Part shown: positions 14,083-25,783 of the stretch, piece by piece | How the letters are laid out: each line of letters opens with the position of its first letter | How positions within the stretch are numbered: the stretch's first letter is position 1 | Assembly (NCBI GenBank): GCA_000320545.1 | Contig: ADNK01000765.1 | Span: forward strand, 1 to 64,000 | Length of the DNA stretch: 64,000 bases | Reading direction: 5' to 3' | From: Bigelowiella natans CCMP2755 | Taxonomy: Eukaryota > Protista > Cercozoa | Notes under the pieces: model-generated | What the model saw: only the letters and a program-made list of their open reading frames with translations | What the model was told of the DNA's origin: nothing | Databases searched by the model: none | Position numbers and translations under genes: made by a program

Positions 14083-16086
14083 ATGAGTAGAACGAAGGAG
14101 GGAGTGCAAGAAAGCATCGTGCCTTACTGTCTGGTACTACATGTGCTAATATACCAAGGCGAAATTTTTGCTCGCTTACACGTTTCACCATGCGTGTTCT
14201 TTACTAACACAGTTCTACACCCTCCCCCTCGTGGGCCTGGCCAGTCTTTACGCCTTGGGAATATGGTACGGAGAGATTATTTGTGGTAAAGATTGCGAAT
14301 TTATTGTATGAACCTCAATGGTCAAAAGGTCATACGGTGGAGCAATGTTTGCTTTCGGCTGCATTCCAGTAATGGATCTGCTCGTATCGGTGAGTCGCTC
14401 CTCAGGTTTATACTAGAGCGGTACCCAACATCCTATGTGCTTGTTTCTTTAGGAAGACACCACAAACCCTACAAAAGAACAAAGTTCGCGTTTGGCACGA
14501 GAGTTCAGATTCAAAGTAAGCGAGTACACTCATGTTGTATGCTGGGTCGTGAATAGTTTCCAAATTTTCATATCCCATACTCGCAAGTGTTGTTTTGCGT
14601 ATGTTCGTTGATTTCTTGTTTTCTGCTTTGTTCCAAAGTTGATCCCAGCCTTCTGGGTGCCTACGCAGTTTGCATTGATGGTGTATAGCGGGTTCAAGTT
14701 TTGCACCCCAGGACTGGCCCTGTATGAATACATCGGCATAATTACTTCAATCGGAATTCTTGCCGGCAGCATTGGAATCAACGGTCAGCTCAGCTTAAAC
14801 TTGCAGCATCGGCTACTGCTACTACGAATACATTGTTATTTTACAACGAACACATTGCTTCATTACTTATGACACCGATCTTGCCAAAAAAATTGGCGGT
14901 ACCTTCCTTGCTAAATTTTAAAGTCATTTTCTATGGACAGTCGCCCACGAATTGATCCACAAGCCAAGCTGGTGGGAGAAGTTGCTGGGACGAGCACTTT
15001 TGGCTTCTGTGTGCTACGGTCACTGGGCTGACGAGCATTTATACGGGCACCACAAATTGGTTTCGACCCCCTTTGATCCTGCAACCAGCCGATTCGGTGA
15101 GTGGCGAAGAGGCGGCGAAGATATACGAGAGAGTGGGACGACGACCTGCTTGTGTGTCCTTTGAATTCTTCACAAGTGTTGTAGTACTTCATAAAATGAT
15201 ATGCGAGAGTGCACGATGATTAAACGGAGATGTCTTCAATCATTGGTGGATGATTTGCTTTTTAAATATCGGAACAGGCGAGAGTTTTTACACGTTCTGG
15301 TTTCGCACTGTGTGGGGGACATGGACATCAGCCCTCGACATGGAAAGGAGAAGACTTAGAAATGTGGCATTCCCTGAACGAATTCTTCGAGACAGGGTGT
15401 TCCTATCTTGCCTATCGTCCCTTGCTGTTGCTGCATGCTTCGGGCTTCTCATGGGGCCCTACGGCGTGCTCTTTTTCTTCCTGCAATCACCGGTTGCGTT
15501 CACTATGCTGGAGGCAGTCAACTACATTGAACACTACGGGCTGCAGAGAGAATTGGTTGAAGGAGCTCCTTCGATGAAGGAGCTTGAGAAAAGGAAGAAA
15601 CTGGGCGACTATGGTTACGTGGCCTCCGCCTTTGAGTCCGTGACCCCATTCCACTCATGGAACGCCGGCGAAACAGTCACAAACTACTTTCTGTTGAAAC
15701 TGCAACGTCACAGCGATCACCATGCAAACGGGTATCGACGTTATCAGGTAGGAACAGCAACAACACAAAACTGTGAAGTCAGACCTTGCCAGCGCTGTTA
15801 GTGCGGTGGGAAAGAATTATCTCATGATAATCTGTTTCAGGTGTTACGTTCATTCCTCGCCAGTCCACAGCTTCCAACAGGATACGCAGGGTGTATGGTT
15901 CTTGCCACCATTCCTCCCCTTTGGTTTGCTATTATGAATCCGCGGGTGAAGAAAGTTAAGTCGCAAATCGAGTACATCAAGGGGACAGGGATAAACGTTT
16001 TTTCGGATGAATTTGACGTTTTGGCACGTAAGGAAGGCAGCGTCGAAGCGGCATTACGAAAGATGAACGAGGGAAAGAAAAAATGA
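14083..16086 (+). CDS. alkB: Alkane 1-monooxygenase (AlkB family membrane di-iron enzyme), multi-exon
   Basis: All AlkB motifs present: AHELIHK, EHLYGHH, DPATSRFGESFY, NYIEHYGL, HSWN, LQRHSDHHA, PQLPTGY, IPPLWF..MNPRV. Confidence 0.93.
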
Positions 16087-16442
16087 CTCGTCCGATTATT
16101 TTCTCATGTGCAGTGACCTGCACTGCTTCCGGCGACGGTGTTTAATTTGATATACGTATGCCCGTTGCATCTTCATGACCGATGTCAAAAAAAGTATAAA
16201 GATGGCGGTAATAATGCAGATACTTCCTGTATCTATTCGCTTTAGTTAGATCGTATTAGTCGGAACAATAATATGATCATGTCTAACTTATATTATGTAC
16301 GTAGCATAGCATAAAGCTTACACCTGTACATATTGCAGCTGCATGCACGCAGCACGCAGCACGCGTAAAGCGGCTACGTACAATACAGCAGGCCAGCGCA
16401 TGCACACGAGTGTGACAAGCATGACGACTGACTGCTACATGT

Positions 16443-16500
16443 GACGGATGTAATAAAGTGATTAAAGCTTTTCAATGGTTATAGTCATCCTGATTTAGCT
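16443..16500 (-). mobile_element. Degenerate LINE 3' tip
   Basis: Reverse-complement similarity to the conserved end aggatgaccattgaaaa...attacatccgtc of the LINE at 49460-51422. Confidence 0.6.
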
Positions 16501-16583
16501 ATATATGCAAATATAACTGACGGTTTGCTTACTGGACAGTTGCGTAGTTTGTAATAGAGCGATAGCGTTAGTGGGAAATGTAT

Positions 16584-18103
16584 TTAAACCTTCGAGTGGC
16601 AGCATGCTATTGCAAACGAAAGAGGAGTATTGTCTTTGGAACCAACAAGGAAGGGCTCTGGGGTGTATTGCGCATACGCAACCCTTCGTTCGCGCAAGCT
16701 TCGATTTGGCCCACTGTGCCAAATGAAGAATGTTTAGTGGACGAGGAATGACTATGATACTGAAGATAGAGAACAGTACCTACTATGGATTCTGGAAGAA
16801 TGAAATAATACGCAATCTCCTGCCTCGCACTCTATCCGAATGTTTCTACGAGAGAAAAAAGGAAGTAAAGGCGCTAGTTCTCAAGAAACAGGCTTAAACG
16901 ATTACTTTGACTCCTCCAAATCCTCAGATCCGAACACTAATGTGCCATTTGACTCTTCCATTCGATCAAGAGCACACCAGACTGTGCATATGATGGAAAA
17001 GGATGAAAGAATGACATCTTGCACAATCTGCCGATTCGCACGCGTAAAATATGTTACCGGAAATATACTGCATGGTGTTAGCTTTAAACCATATTCCAAG
17101 TTGTTCTTCAGCATCCTTGTGCCAGGCTACATTACATTTTAAGGTTTGTGCGCATTTCGAATCCAATAAATTTTTCATTGATACCAAACGAGAGAGCAGA
17201 ATTTGCCGGCTTCACAATGTAGTTTTCGTTGAAAAGGTATGCCCTGTTGCTTTGCATCAACTAAGAAAAATTGAGTATAATTTCTCATTCAGCTATTTTG
17301 CGAAAGATAAATCTAACCTGAGAACACAGTGCGGGGAATATTCGGAGAATAACCTCCGGGGCAGATCCTGGATGCAGCTTGCAGCTATCTGCAAGTGAAC
17401 TGCTAGTACTAATAAGGTTGTTGGCGGCGATTGTTAATCTTGCACGTTTTCGTTTTCGAATGTCTTCGTCCTCATGGGAGCTAGACACCTCCTTTTCTTC
17501 TCCATCCTTCGTCTCTATTTCCCTGCTTGCCGCGCCTCCTTTCATCATGGAATCAAAGGACTGTGTTCTCAAAGCGAGATAAGATTTTACTGATGTACGT
17601 TCAGGCGATGATTCCGGGATGGTTGAATTGACGAATGGGTCCTAATCGACAACCTTGTCAGCCATAATGTTATGTAGAGTAAGAAGTGTCACTAACTCGG
17701 CAACATACCAGTGTGCATGATTCTTCCTCACAAGACCGATTTTCTCGCTTGTACTTCATCTTTAGGCGCAGATAGAATTACACTTGTGAGCAAGCTCCAG
17801 GATTAAAATTTTACCTTGAGGATCTCAATCTCGCGTTGCATCGACCGTATGTGGCGTTCAGAAAGCGCCCCACGCACTAAGACGAATCTATAAACAATTT
17901 TCTCTCTAACAGAGTTCAATGTTACATATTTGATGTTGCAGATACCCGTTTTCCTTGTAAAACTTAATCTCTTCTTGTGTAAGCTGTCTGGGTGGTTGGC
18001 TCGGGGAACTGTCTGATGTAGCCAATAATTTCCTCTTCTCCCCCTTAGTTTTCCTTTTATCCTTATCCTTCATCGACACGATATTGTTTTTACCCGAATC
18101 CAT
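16584..18103 (-). CDS. Phytanoyl-CoA dioxygenase (PhyH) family Fe/2OG dioxygenase, multi-exon
   Basis: LTQEEIKFYKENG/FVLVRGAL, AWHKD, TVWCALDRMEESNGTL, AGDCVLF, HSGPNRS..RRVAYAQY. Confidence 0.85.
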
Positions 18104-19657
18104 TGTTGGTATATTCTTGGCGCGTCCGTGTTCTGGCGATGGGAGCAGCGACGGCGACTACGACTACGACGACAACGAGACTACGACGATGAGACACAGT
18201 GAATATGCTGCGGGCGCTATTTTGATTGACACAGTTGCATTATGCAAAGAATTCTGTTTCCGACGCAATCGAGCACGAAAATACTCGATCGGCAAAGAAA
18301 CACGCAATACGAGAGGGAGCGAGAGGGGTCTTGGCCCTGCAGCTCGTACGAAATTTTGCTGCCGGAAGAGGTCGATCGCCCAACATAAAAACGAAATACG
18401 ATTTTAGTCTGACGACAATGACTATTCTATGTCGTCGGCTAATATAGGGGGTTCTGTGTGTGTGTGCTCGGCATGCGAATAATTTCCCTAAAACTTTTGA
18501 CTGAACTTCTGGGCCACTACAACAGTCACAACAGTTTCCAGCGTTTCGGCCCATGGCGGATGTGCGCTGCGGGGTTGATGATGGTGTGACGACGACGATT
18601 GAAAGCCGTCATCACGCAATCCAGTTTTCACCAAACAGAGAAGAAGGAGATTCTCGACCTAGCAGCCATGGCACAGATCGGAGTATCAGTAGAACACGCC
18701 GAAGATTGCTTGTCGCGCAGCCAGTTTTACGCTACCGAGCTTTACAAGGACTAGTGGAAACAATGCAACCGGCCCTGGGTCAAACCTTTTCCGAGGCGGC
18801 TTCATTTACGGGGTTGTTAAATCGGCGCGTCTGTGGTTCCCTTGCAATACCGTACGGAATTCAACAGCGGTGCAGTATTGAAAACTCGCTACCAAGATTA
18901 GATACCCTGCCTTCAAAAAGTACGAATATGATGTTGGAGCCCGGCTTTTTGGCAGGTCTAATGCTGATGCTTCTACTTCTGATCCTCATCATTCTCTGGT
19001 ATCGCTAACACTTTATGCATTGTGCAAGTCATGAAGAAACCAATGCAAATATGGTTTAATGATGCCTTCGGATACATATCGAGATAGATACTATAAGAAA
19101 TCTTTATTCAGTTTTAATGGTCAATCTGGGACACTCATCCAGTGAATTTGGTTTTCTAATTCAGGAACACATAACAACAGTCCTGAGAATCATATTTTAA
19201 TGTTGCGCAGTAGTCTAAGCAAATTACTCATGAACATTGTATTCTTACATGCTATGCGAAATGTTTATCTCCTCATCATCAGTGAGCTGTATGAATTTAC
19301 CGGAACATAGTTTCTCGATGAATACATGCTTATGTAGTATAGCTTTTGAGCTCTGTTGGTGTCATTGAAATGAAGATAGGCATGGCTTATATACTCATGT
19401 CTTAGGTACTCATGTATGTAGACAGATCATGTTGCGATGCAGTAAAGGGAGCATGCCACACGTAGGCAAGCGCGCTGTACGCACGACTACCAAAGCAAAG
19501 ATTTACCAAATTATAGTTGCAGCCGCAATATGCGTACATGCAGCACGCTCAAGTAAACCCGAAGTATTATCCAAGCCTATGCCTCGCATCGGCTGCATAT
19601 TTTTAACGTAATAAACATTGCGTGTGCCTCTTTGCGTCTTATGTCTCGAAAGCCAGA

Positions 19658-19698
<41 letters not shown>

Positions 19699-19704
<6 letters not shown>

Positions 19705-19745
19705 CGGATGTAATGAAATGTTTAAATTGTTTCAATGGTCATCCT
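19699..19745 (-). mobile_element. About 45-bp LINE 3' tip ending in an intact (TA)n tract (19661-19700)
   Basis: Reverse complement reads aggatgaccattgaaacaatttaaacatttcattacatccgtctca followed by (TA)n. Confidence 0.8.
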
Positions 19746-19794
19746 TATATATATATGTATGTATATATATTAAATTATCTCTCTGAACTAATTA

Positions 19795-19910
19795 CATAGA
19801 TACTGTAAAATCACGAAAAGATGTATGGCATGATATTGTGTGTCGGTTCCATAGATACTGTAAAATCACGAAAAGATGTGTGGCATGATAATATTGTGTG
19901 TCGGTTCCAT
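19795..19910 (+). repeat. About 55-bp tandem duplication
   Basis: catagatactgtaaaatcacgaaaagatgt(a/g)tggcatgat..attgtgtgtcggttc occurs twice. Confidence 0.85.
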
Positions 19911-19995
19911 AATGTACTCTTCGAAAAGATGTAACCATTAAGATGTACTAAGCTATTATTCTTCGTAAGTATTGTATTAGCTTCTTTTAAATAGA

Positions 19996-20029
<34 letters not shown>

Positions 20030-20032
<3 letters not shown>

Positions 20033-20364
20033 CACATGCAAAACATTGCAAGACATGGACCACATTCTGCAATGCAGGAAATACGGACCACAGAGACTCA
20101 GAATCAACAAACAACTGACGGCGATCATGGATCGCAATGATGAGACCACGCGCCTCACAACCGCACGAAAAACAAGTGGAGAAGCTGCGCGCAAAGCGCG
20201 ACATGCTAGACCAAATCATGATGCATTTTCATGCATGCGCCATGTGACCAAGGAAACAAACAGATGCAATTTAAGCGCTGTAGCCGCTGCATTGCACAGC
20301 TACATTAGGATGACCATTGAAAAATTTAAACATTTCATTACATCCGTCTCATATGTGCATGTGT
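20030..20364 (+). mobile_element. 5'-truncated LINE fragment, copy A (C-terminal CCHC zinc knuckle + 3' end)
   Basis: Translates to DTCKTLQDMDHILQC...AVAAALHSYIRMTIEK, homologous to the end of ORF 50154-51401. Starts right after a (TA)n tract. Confidence 0.88.
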
Positions 20365-20374
20365 AAAAAGATTC

Positions 20375-20563
20375 ACGAACTGTTGCGCGCAGCGCGCGAC
20401 AACATCGATCGCACGAGGACGCTTTCAAATGCATGAAGCACGTGGTGGCAGAAACCAACAGACACAATGTCAGCGCTGTAGCCGCTGCATTGCACAGCTA
20501 CATCAGGATGACCATTGAAAAAATTTAATTGTTCATTACATCCGTCTCACATGCACACACACA
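20375..20563 (+). mobile_element. 5'-truncated LINE fragment, copy B (same subfamily as 49460-51422)
   Basis: Near-identical to about 51245-51422. Confidence 0.9.
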
Positions 20564-20589
20564 TCTAGATGTGTGTGATGAGACGCCAG

Positions 20590-21342
20590 GGAAACTCAGT
20601 ATTAGAGCGGAAGCATCGACCTATTAATAATGGGATTATGGCGATGCTCCTGCAAAATGTTGAGGATCGGCACAACTGGCATAAATATTTGGAGATGATA
20701 ACATTTAGTGTGAATACCACAATCGATAAGTGTGGTTATTCCCCGGCTCACCTCATGTTCGGATATCAGCCAAAGTTCGTGGCTGATATGGAGAGCAAGT
20801 CGGTGGCGGCTCCAGGGACCGGGGACCTCGATAAGAGGATCCAAGATCTGGAAAAGATGCGGCTGTTGTATGCTACTATGAAAGAGGATTATAAATTAGT
20901 GAAAAATTTCACGAGGAACGAGAAGCTTAATACTCAAGACGAATATAAAGTAGGGGATATGGTGTGGCTTTTCCGCAAGGAAAATCGTAAAGAAAATGCT
21001 GTTACGAAAAAATATGAAATTAAAAAGACTGGCCCTGTGACTATCGTGGCCAGGAGTAGCAGATCCCATACCTATCAAATTATTGACCCGAAAACGGGGT
21101 ATAATAATAATGTACACGCGAAACATCTTTCGCCTTATGGTACATTTACCCCGTTACCAGAAGTGCGCCCGGTAGCTCCAGATGTAGAGGAGAAATTTGC
21201 TGCCGACGAGAATGAGGCTTCGGATGGTTCCTCAGACTCGTCGGATTCCCAGGGGCCTTCTGGTAACCGAATTTCGCGGGATAACATCGTCCGGGGTAAA
21301 CGTAATAGGAGACCGGCGGATATAGGTCCGTATATTTCGTAG
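20590..21342 (+). mobile_element. Ty3/Gypsy-like LTR retrotransposon integrase C-terminal remnant
   Basis: GNSVLERKHRPI..NWHKYL..FSVNTT..GYSPAHLMFG..YKVGDMVWL..TGPVTI..VHAKHLSPY, i.e. the end of the rve core plus a GPY/F region. Confidence 0.85.
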
Positions 21343-21499
21343 ATTTTGTATTTTCGCAAATATATGCTACTGTATAAATAAATTGGTGGCGGTGCAGTTG
21401 GTGCAAAATTTTTCTTTTCTTCCCTTTTCTTCTAATTTTCTTCTAGCACGCGTGATCCTACTCATATGTTGTTATTATTGAGTTAGGGGTGCAAAAATT

Positions 21500-22092
21500 G
21501 GGGGGGGGGGGTAGTGTGGTCAGTTTGCGACCACCAAATGCATGTAAGCGCGCATGTACATGCATAGCATAAATGGTAGTGCATGCTGTGCTTTATTATA
21601 TCTTACATTTGCATGTGAGCATGTTTATATAGGTTCAGGCTATCGTTCCTGTGCCTTAATTAGTCATATAGGGGCATGTAACGTGAGTTACATGCCCGGA
21701 AATACAGTTATAGGAGGGGGCACGTGCAACTGGGAACATCCTTCTCGGTTGTTTCCCCAACCGTGGATGTTCCTAGGAGCACCCTCGGTATTTTACTTAC
21801 GACATGGAGTCGGCCTACGTATTGTAATATTATAGGGGAAAATGGCCTACATTTTCCCTAATATTTTGGGCAACTGCTGCTGCGTAGCATGTTGCTGCTG
21901 GGGACGCTGTGTGCCCAGCACATGATGTGTATTGGCGCGCAACGCGCTAGTTTAGCACACTCTAAAAGACCCGCAAGCAAGCGGTAAGCTTTCTCCTTTG
22001 GTAGTTTGCTCATGCATGCTCATGTCATGTTATCTATTCAACAGGGTTTTAGTTTTGTGGATTTAAAGCATTGTAAAAGCATACATTGCACA
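21500..22092 (+). mobile_element. Polypurine tract and putative 3' LTR of the Gypsy element
   Basis: G-run at 21500-21511 followed by TG at 21515, downstream of the integrase stop. The right boundary is a guess. Confidence 0.45.
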
Positions 22093-22194
22093 GTTGTGTT
22101 GTTAGCGCTGCGCAATACAACTACAGTCATCATCTAGTCTAGGCAATTGCCAAATAGTGCAAGAGCCCTAACAGCAACAGCAATAAACATTGTT

Positions 22195-22280
22195 AATAGC
22201 GCTATAGCCGCTGCATTACGCAGCTACATATAAGGATGACAACATTGAACAAATTCAATCGATTCATTACGTCAGTCTTA
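22195..22280 (+). mobile_element. Degenerate LINE 3' tip
   Basis: agcgctatagccgctgcattacgcagctacat..aggatgac..cattgaa matches the LINE end. Confidence 0.7.
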
Positions 22281-22838
22281 CAAGCGATGTGGACGTGTAC
22301 CTGCTACGCAGCATGGCTAGATGGGCGTGCGTGATTGGAACGAGCATGCATGTTGAAAAGTCGACGCAAGACAGGAGCAAGTGTACTGTGAGCGATGCAA
22401 AGTAATGTGTGCATGTCATTCCCGTACAATTTAGCTTTACACGTATACATGATACCATAATTCACAATTTCACATTAATGTATCCTCGTTATTCTTTGTT
22501 AAACGGACTTACATCTGTAACGCATAGAGCACAATCAAGATGGCTAGTCCAAGCAAGTTGGCAAGTTGCACATATATGTCCAGTGGTTCTACTTATTTTC
22601 ATTTAAATAGAAACAGAATGTGTTGCAATATAAAATAACAGATATAACTGCTGGCCAGGTCTAAATGGAGATGGCAGGTGGTTGAGTAAACACTTCATTG
22701 TATTAATACTTTGACGCTTCACTCCAAAATAAAGTTATACCAAAGAAGATGGTCGTTAGTATTGTTATGATGATGGGGCCATGGTCTAACGGAAAAGTGA
22801 AAGGTTGACCAGATTTTACATCGGATTGTGGACACCAG

Positions 22839-24621
22839 CTACATCGAAGAAGTTTGTGTCGCGCCGCTGGTAGGTGCGGCAGCAGCTGCATGCTTAGCTT
22901 TTTGTCGCCTAAAAACGGAAAGCATAATCCAGAATCACGATATATCATCGGTTCCCACATATGTCTGAATGAATACCTGCATGCAGCACAACGACAGATC
23001 CCTCTACAAGCAGGACAAGCCCAGCTAAAAAACAAAAAGGGTATGAATAAGAGACGGACTCTTGGACAAGAGTGGATGTGGAACCAAACGGAATGCAATC
23101 TGCGGGACTGCAGATTGAAGCACTACCTTGCCTGCTGTTCCGACGTTGGGGCATTTTCACTGTAGAACTTGTTCAAACAACGGTCACAATACCTAAAGAG
23201 TAGTTGTAGTAGTAGTAGTAGTAGTAGTAGTAGGGATTACTCTCACGGTGCAGAATTAGAGGTTAAGTAAAGCCATTACTTTTTCCTGCATCCCTGACGT
23301 TTACCTGGTACGGATTTAAGATATACAGATCATTTTTATAGAAGGTTTTGACTCGGAAGTACTGATTTGATTGCATCACTGGCCAAGAAAATGTGGAGTT
23401 TGTATCTAATAACTTTACCTTTTCCCCGAAGTGACGGCAAGTTTTTGCACAGGATTAGGGAGGACAGCAGACATCTACTTTTGCACTGATAAGATGATAC
23501 AAAGGAGGTATTGAGTTTCGAAATTATCCCATTTAAGTAAGAAAATAATCCGCTAACCTGGTGACAACTGGAGCCACTTCCATTTCCAGAGACTTGCTTA
23601 GACCCTGAAGCCGTAGCAGATGCGGTATTCGTACTGGAAGGTACATGGCTATTGTTGCTCCTTGCCACGTTATTACCACCTGCTGTTTATCCAGAACATG
23701 TGTTACTTAAGGACAGTGGGGGGGGGGGAATCAATTAGTGGTGATACCTTTTCTTTTCTCCTCTTCCTCATCTTCATCCTCATCGTCCTCATCTTCGTCA
23801 GGATCATACTCGGGTGCTCTGGCTGGCTTCAAAGGAGGGGTATTTGGGAGCATTGCCTCCTTCGATGCAGGTATTTTTAATTTTTTATTCAGGTCTTGGA
23901 CATCCGTCCGCCTTCTCTTGTTAGTCCAAAACCGTGTCACAGAAACAGGAAGCTGAAATTCGGCTCCCAAAGAAAGTAATTGTGAAGAAGTGCTTTCTCT
24001 TTTCTTCCCATTTCTCGTGAATTTACCCAAATTACGCACTTCACCATTTGCAATAATGACAGGGGCTGGGAGGCGAGTGCTCTCAGGCAGAGGGGAGCTA
24101 AGATCAAGATAGGAAATACCAGGAGGGTAGAGGGGCGATGGCATCGAAAATGTCGGCGTGGCAAGAGCAATATCATTCCCCGTTGAGAGGATAGATGAAG
24201 GAAGTAGATTTGGAGTGGATGATGGCTGTAAGGATGTTGACTGAGGGGTGGAGGATGGGTGCAAGGAGCTGCTTTTATTTCGTGCAGAGGAGATTGCTGG
24301 AGATACCATGCTGTCAATGAAGGTAGTAGCAGTGGTCATGTCAATTTTTCCTTTCGCCAGAGAAGAAGTTGAGGAAGAATTCGATGACGATGAAGTGGAA
24401 TTTGAAGATGACGAAGATGACGCCAACGAAACGGTTATTTTAGGCCCTACTGACACACTTGCTTTCTTGTTGGCATCTCTCTGTTCTCTATTGGATCGTC
24501 CTGATTTTAAGGGATCTGATGCTACGGCGCCTTTGCTCTTTAGCATCGATGCTGTTGGACCAGTCGCCGGGGGGGTGTTGTTGAGACCCCTCAGAGTGCC
24601 ATAAACAGTGTTACTACTCAT
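22839..24621 (-). CDS. Ser-rich protein with C-terminal zf-4CXXC_R1 zinc finger (CDCA7/JMJ-associated type), multi-exon
   Basis: GSSCHQ|CKSR...YCDRCLNKFY...WACPACRGICRCAACR, with a long low-complexity N-terminus and an acidic tract. The start may lie further upstream. Confidence 0.8.
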
Positions 24622-25590
24622 CTTCTCAACGGGTTGCCTTCTAACTGTTGAATTAGTGGCAACTTTTTTTCCTTCCTCAAGCTATCTTTGACCCTCCCCC
24701 TCGTGTAGCGTCAACCTCTTCCTCACTTACTAGCACTGTCCTCCTGATGAACTTTACCAACCAGGCAACAGGTTGTGAGAGTCCTCCAAACTCAGGAGGA
24801 GATGCAATTTCATTTCTAACCATTTCTAACTACGAAAGTATAAGGGTTGAACTAATTGAAACCGAAATTAATACATTGAATGTGAATGGGGCAAAGAAAA
24901 AGGGGGGCGGGGAGAGCACCTCCACTTCAGCTCTATCCTGATGATGTGTAAAGAAATCTGAAAGCTCGAGCACGCCCAAAACCCCATGGTTTTCTCGTTG
25001 AAATAGTCGACCGAAAAAATATTATGATGAAAGGTACAAGCCCCTTTTTTTTCCATTTTTAGAAGAGTGACGCTTGTAGGGTGAAAGTCGTTATACGAAA
25101 ATGGTCTTGTTCGTGTGAGCTCGAGTCTGTGCAGTTCTTGTCTTTGTCGCCTGTTCCTAGGACTAAGGGGAATTTGCATGCAGCAGTTATGAGTTTCTAT
25201 AATTCTCCGGTTCTGGCTGTAATAATGCGCCGAAATAATTTTATTTCCATACATTATGTATGTCGGAGAAACGAAATATTATATAATTTTAAAACAATTT
25301 TCATCAGATAATATTTACCTGCGACAGCAAATATTATTATTTCTTTTCCCCCCGAGGAAGCGGCCGACACAGCGTCCACTAGGCCACTCTAGTCAGAGTT
25401 TTGACCGTAATATATCGCATACAGTCGATTGTATTGTTGTAAGTTATGATCTTTTTTATTTCCTCATATAATTCTGATAGTTATACTCGATTTGGTCAAA
25501 CGTATTATAAATTGTTGCCTTATTAACGGAAATTTGTGGAGGAGAAGAACTAACACAGGAAAATTAGACCCGACGACTACTGATCCGCCT

Positions 25591-25738
25591 ATGGCGGATC
25601 TCCCGACCCAGCCCCCCATCACCTGTTCCTCTAGGTGAGTCTTTTCGTCCCTTTTATCAGCAGAACTATTGAAATAATCCTATTTCGGGATCTATAACCA
25701 TATCCCCGCAACCAGAAAGCAATCGAAATATCATGAAA

Positions 25739-25783
<45 letters not shown>

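Noticed and set aside
18553-19008. 151-aa ORF
   Set aside because: No recognisable motif or splice support.
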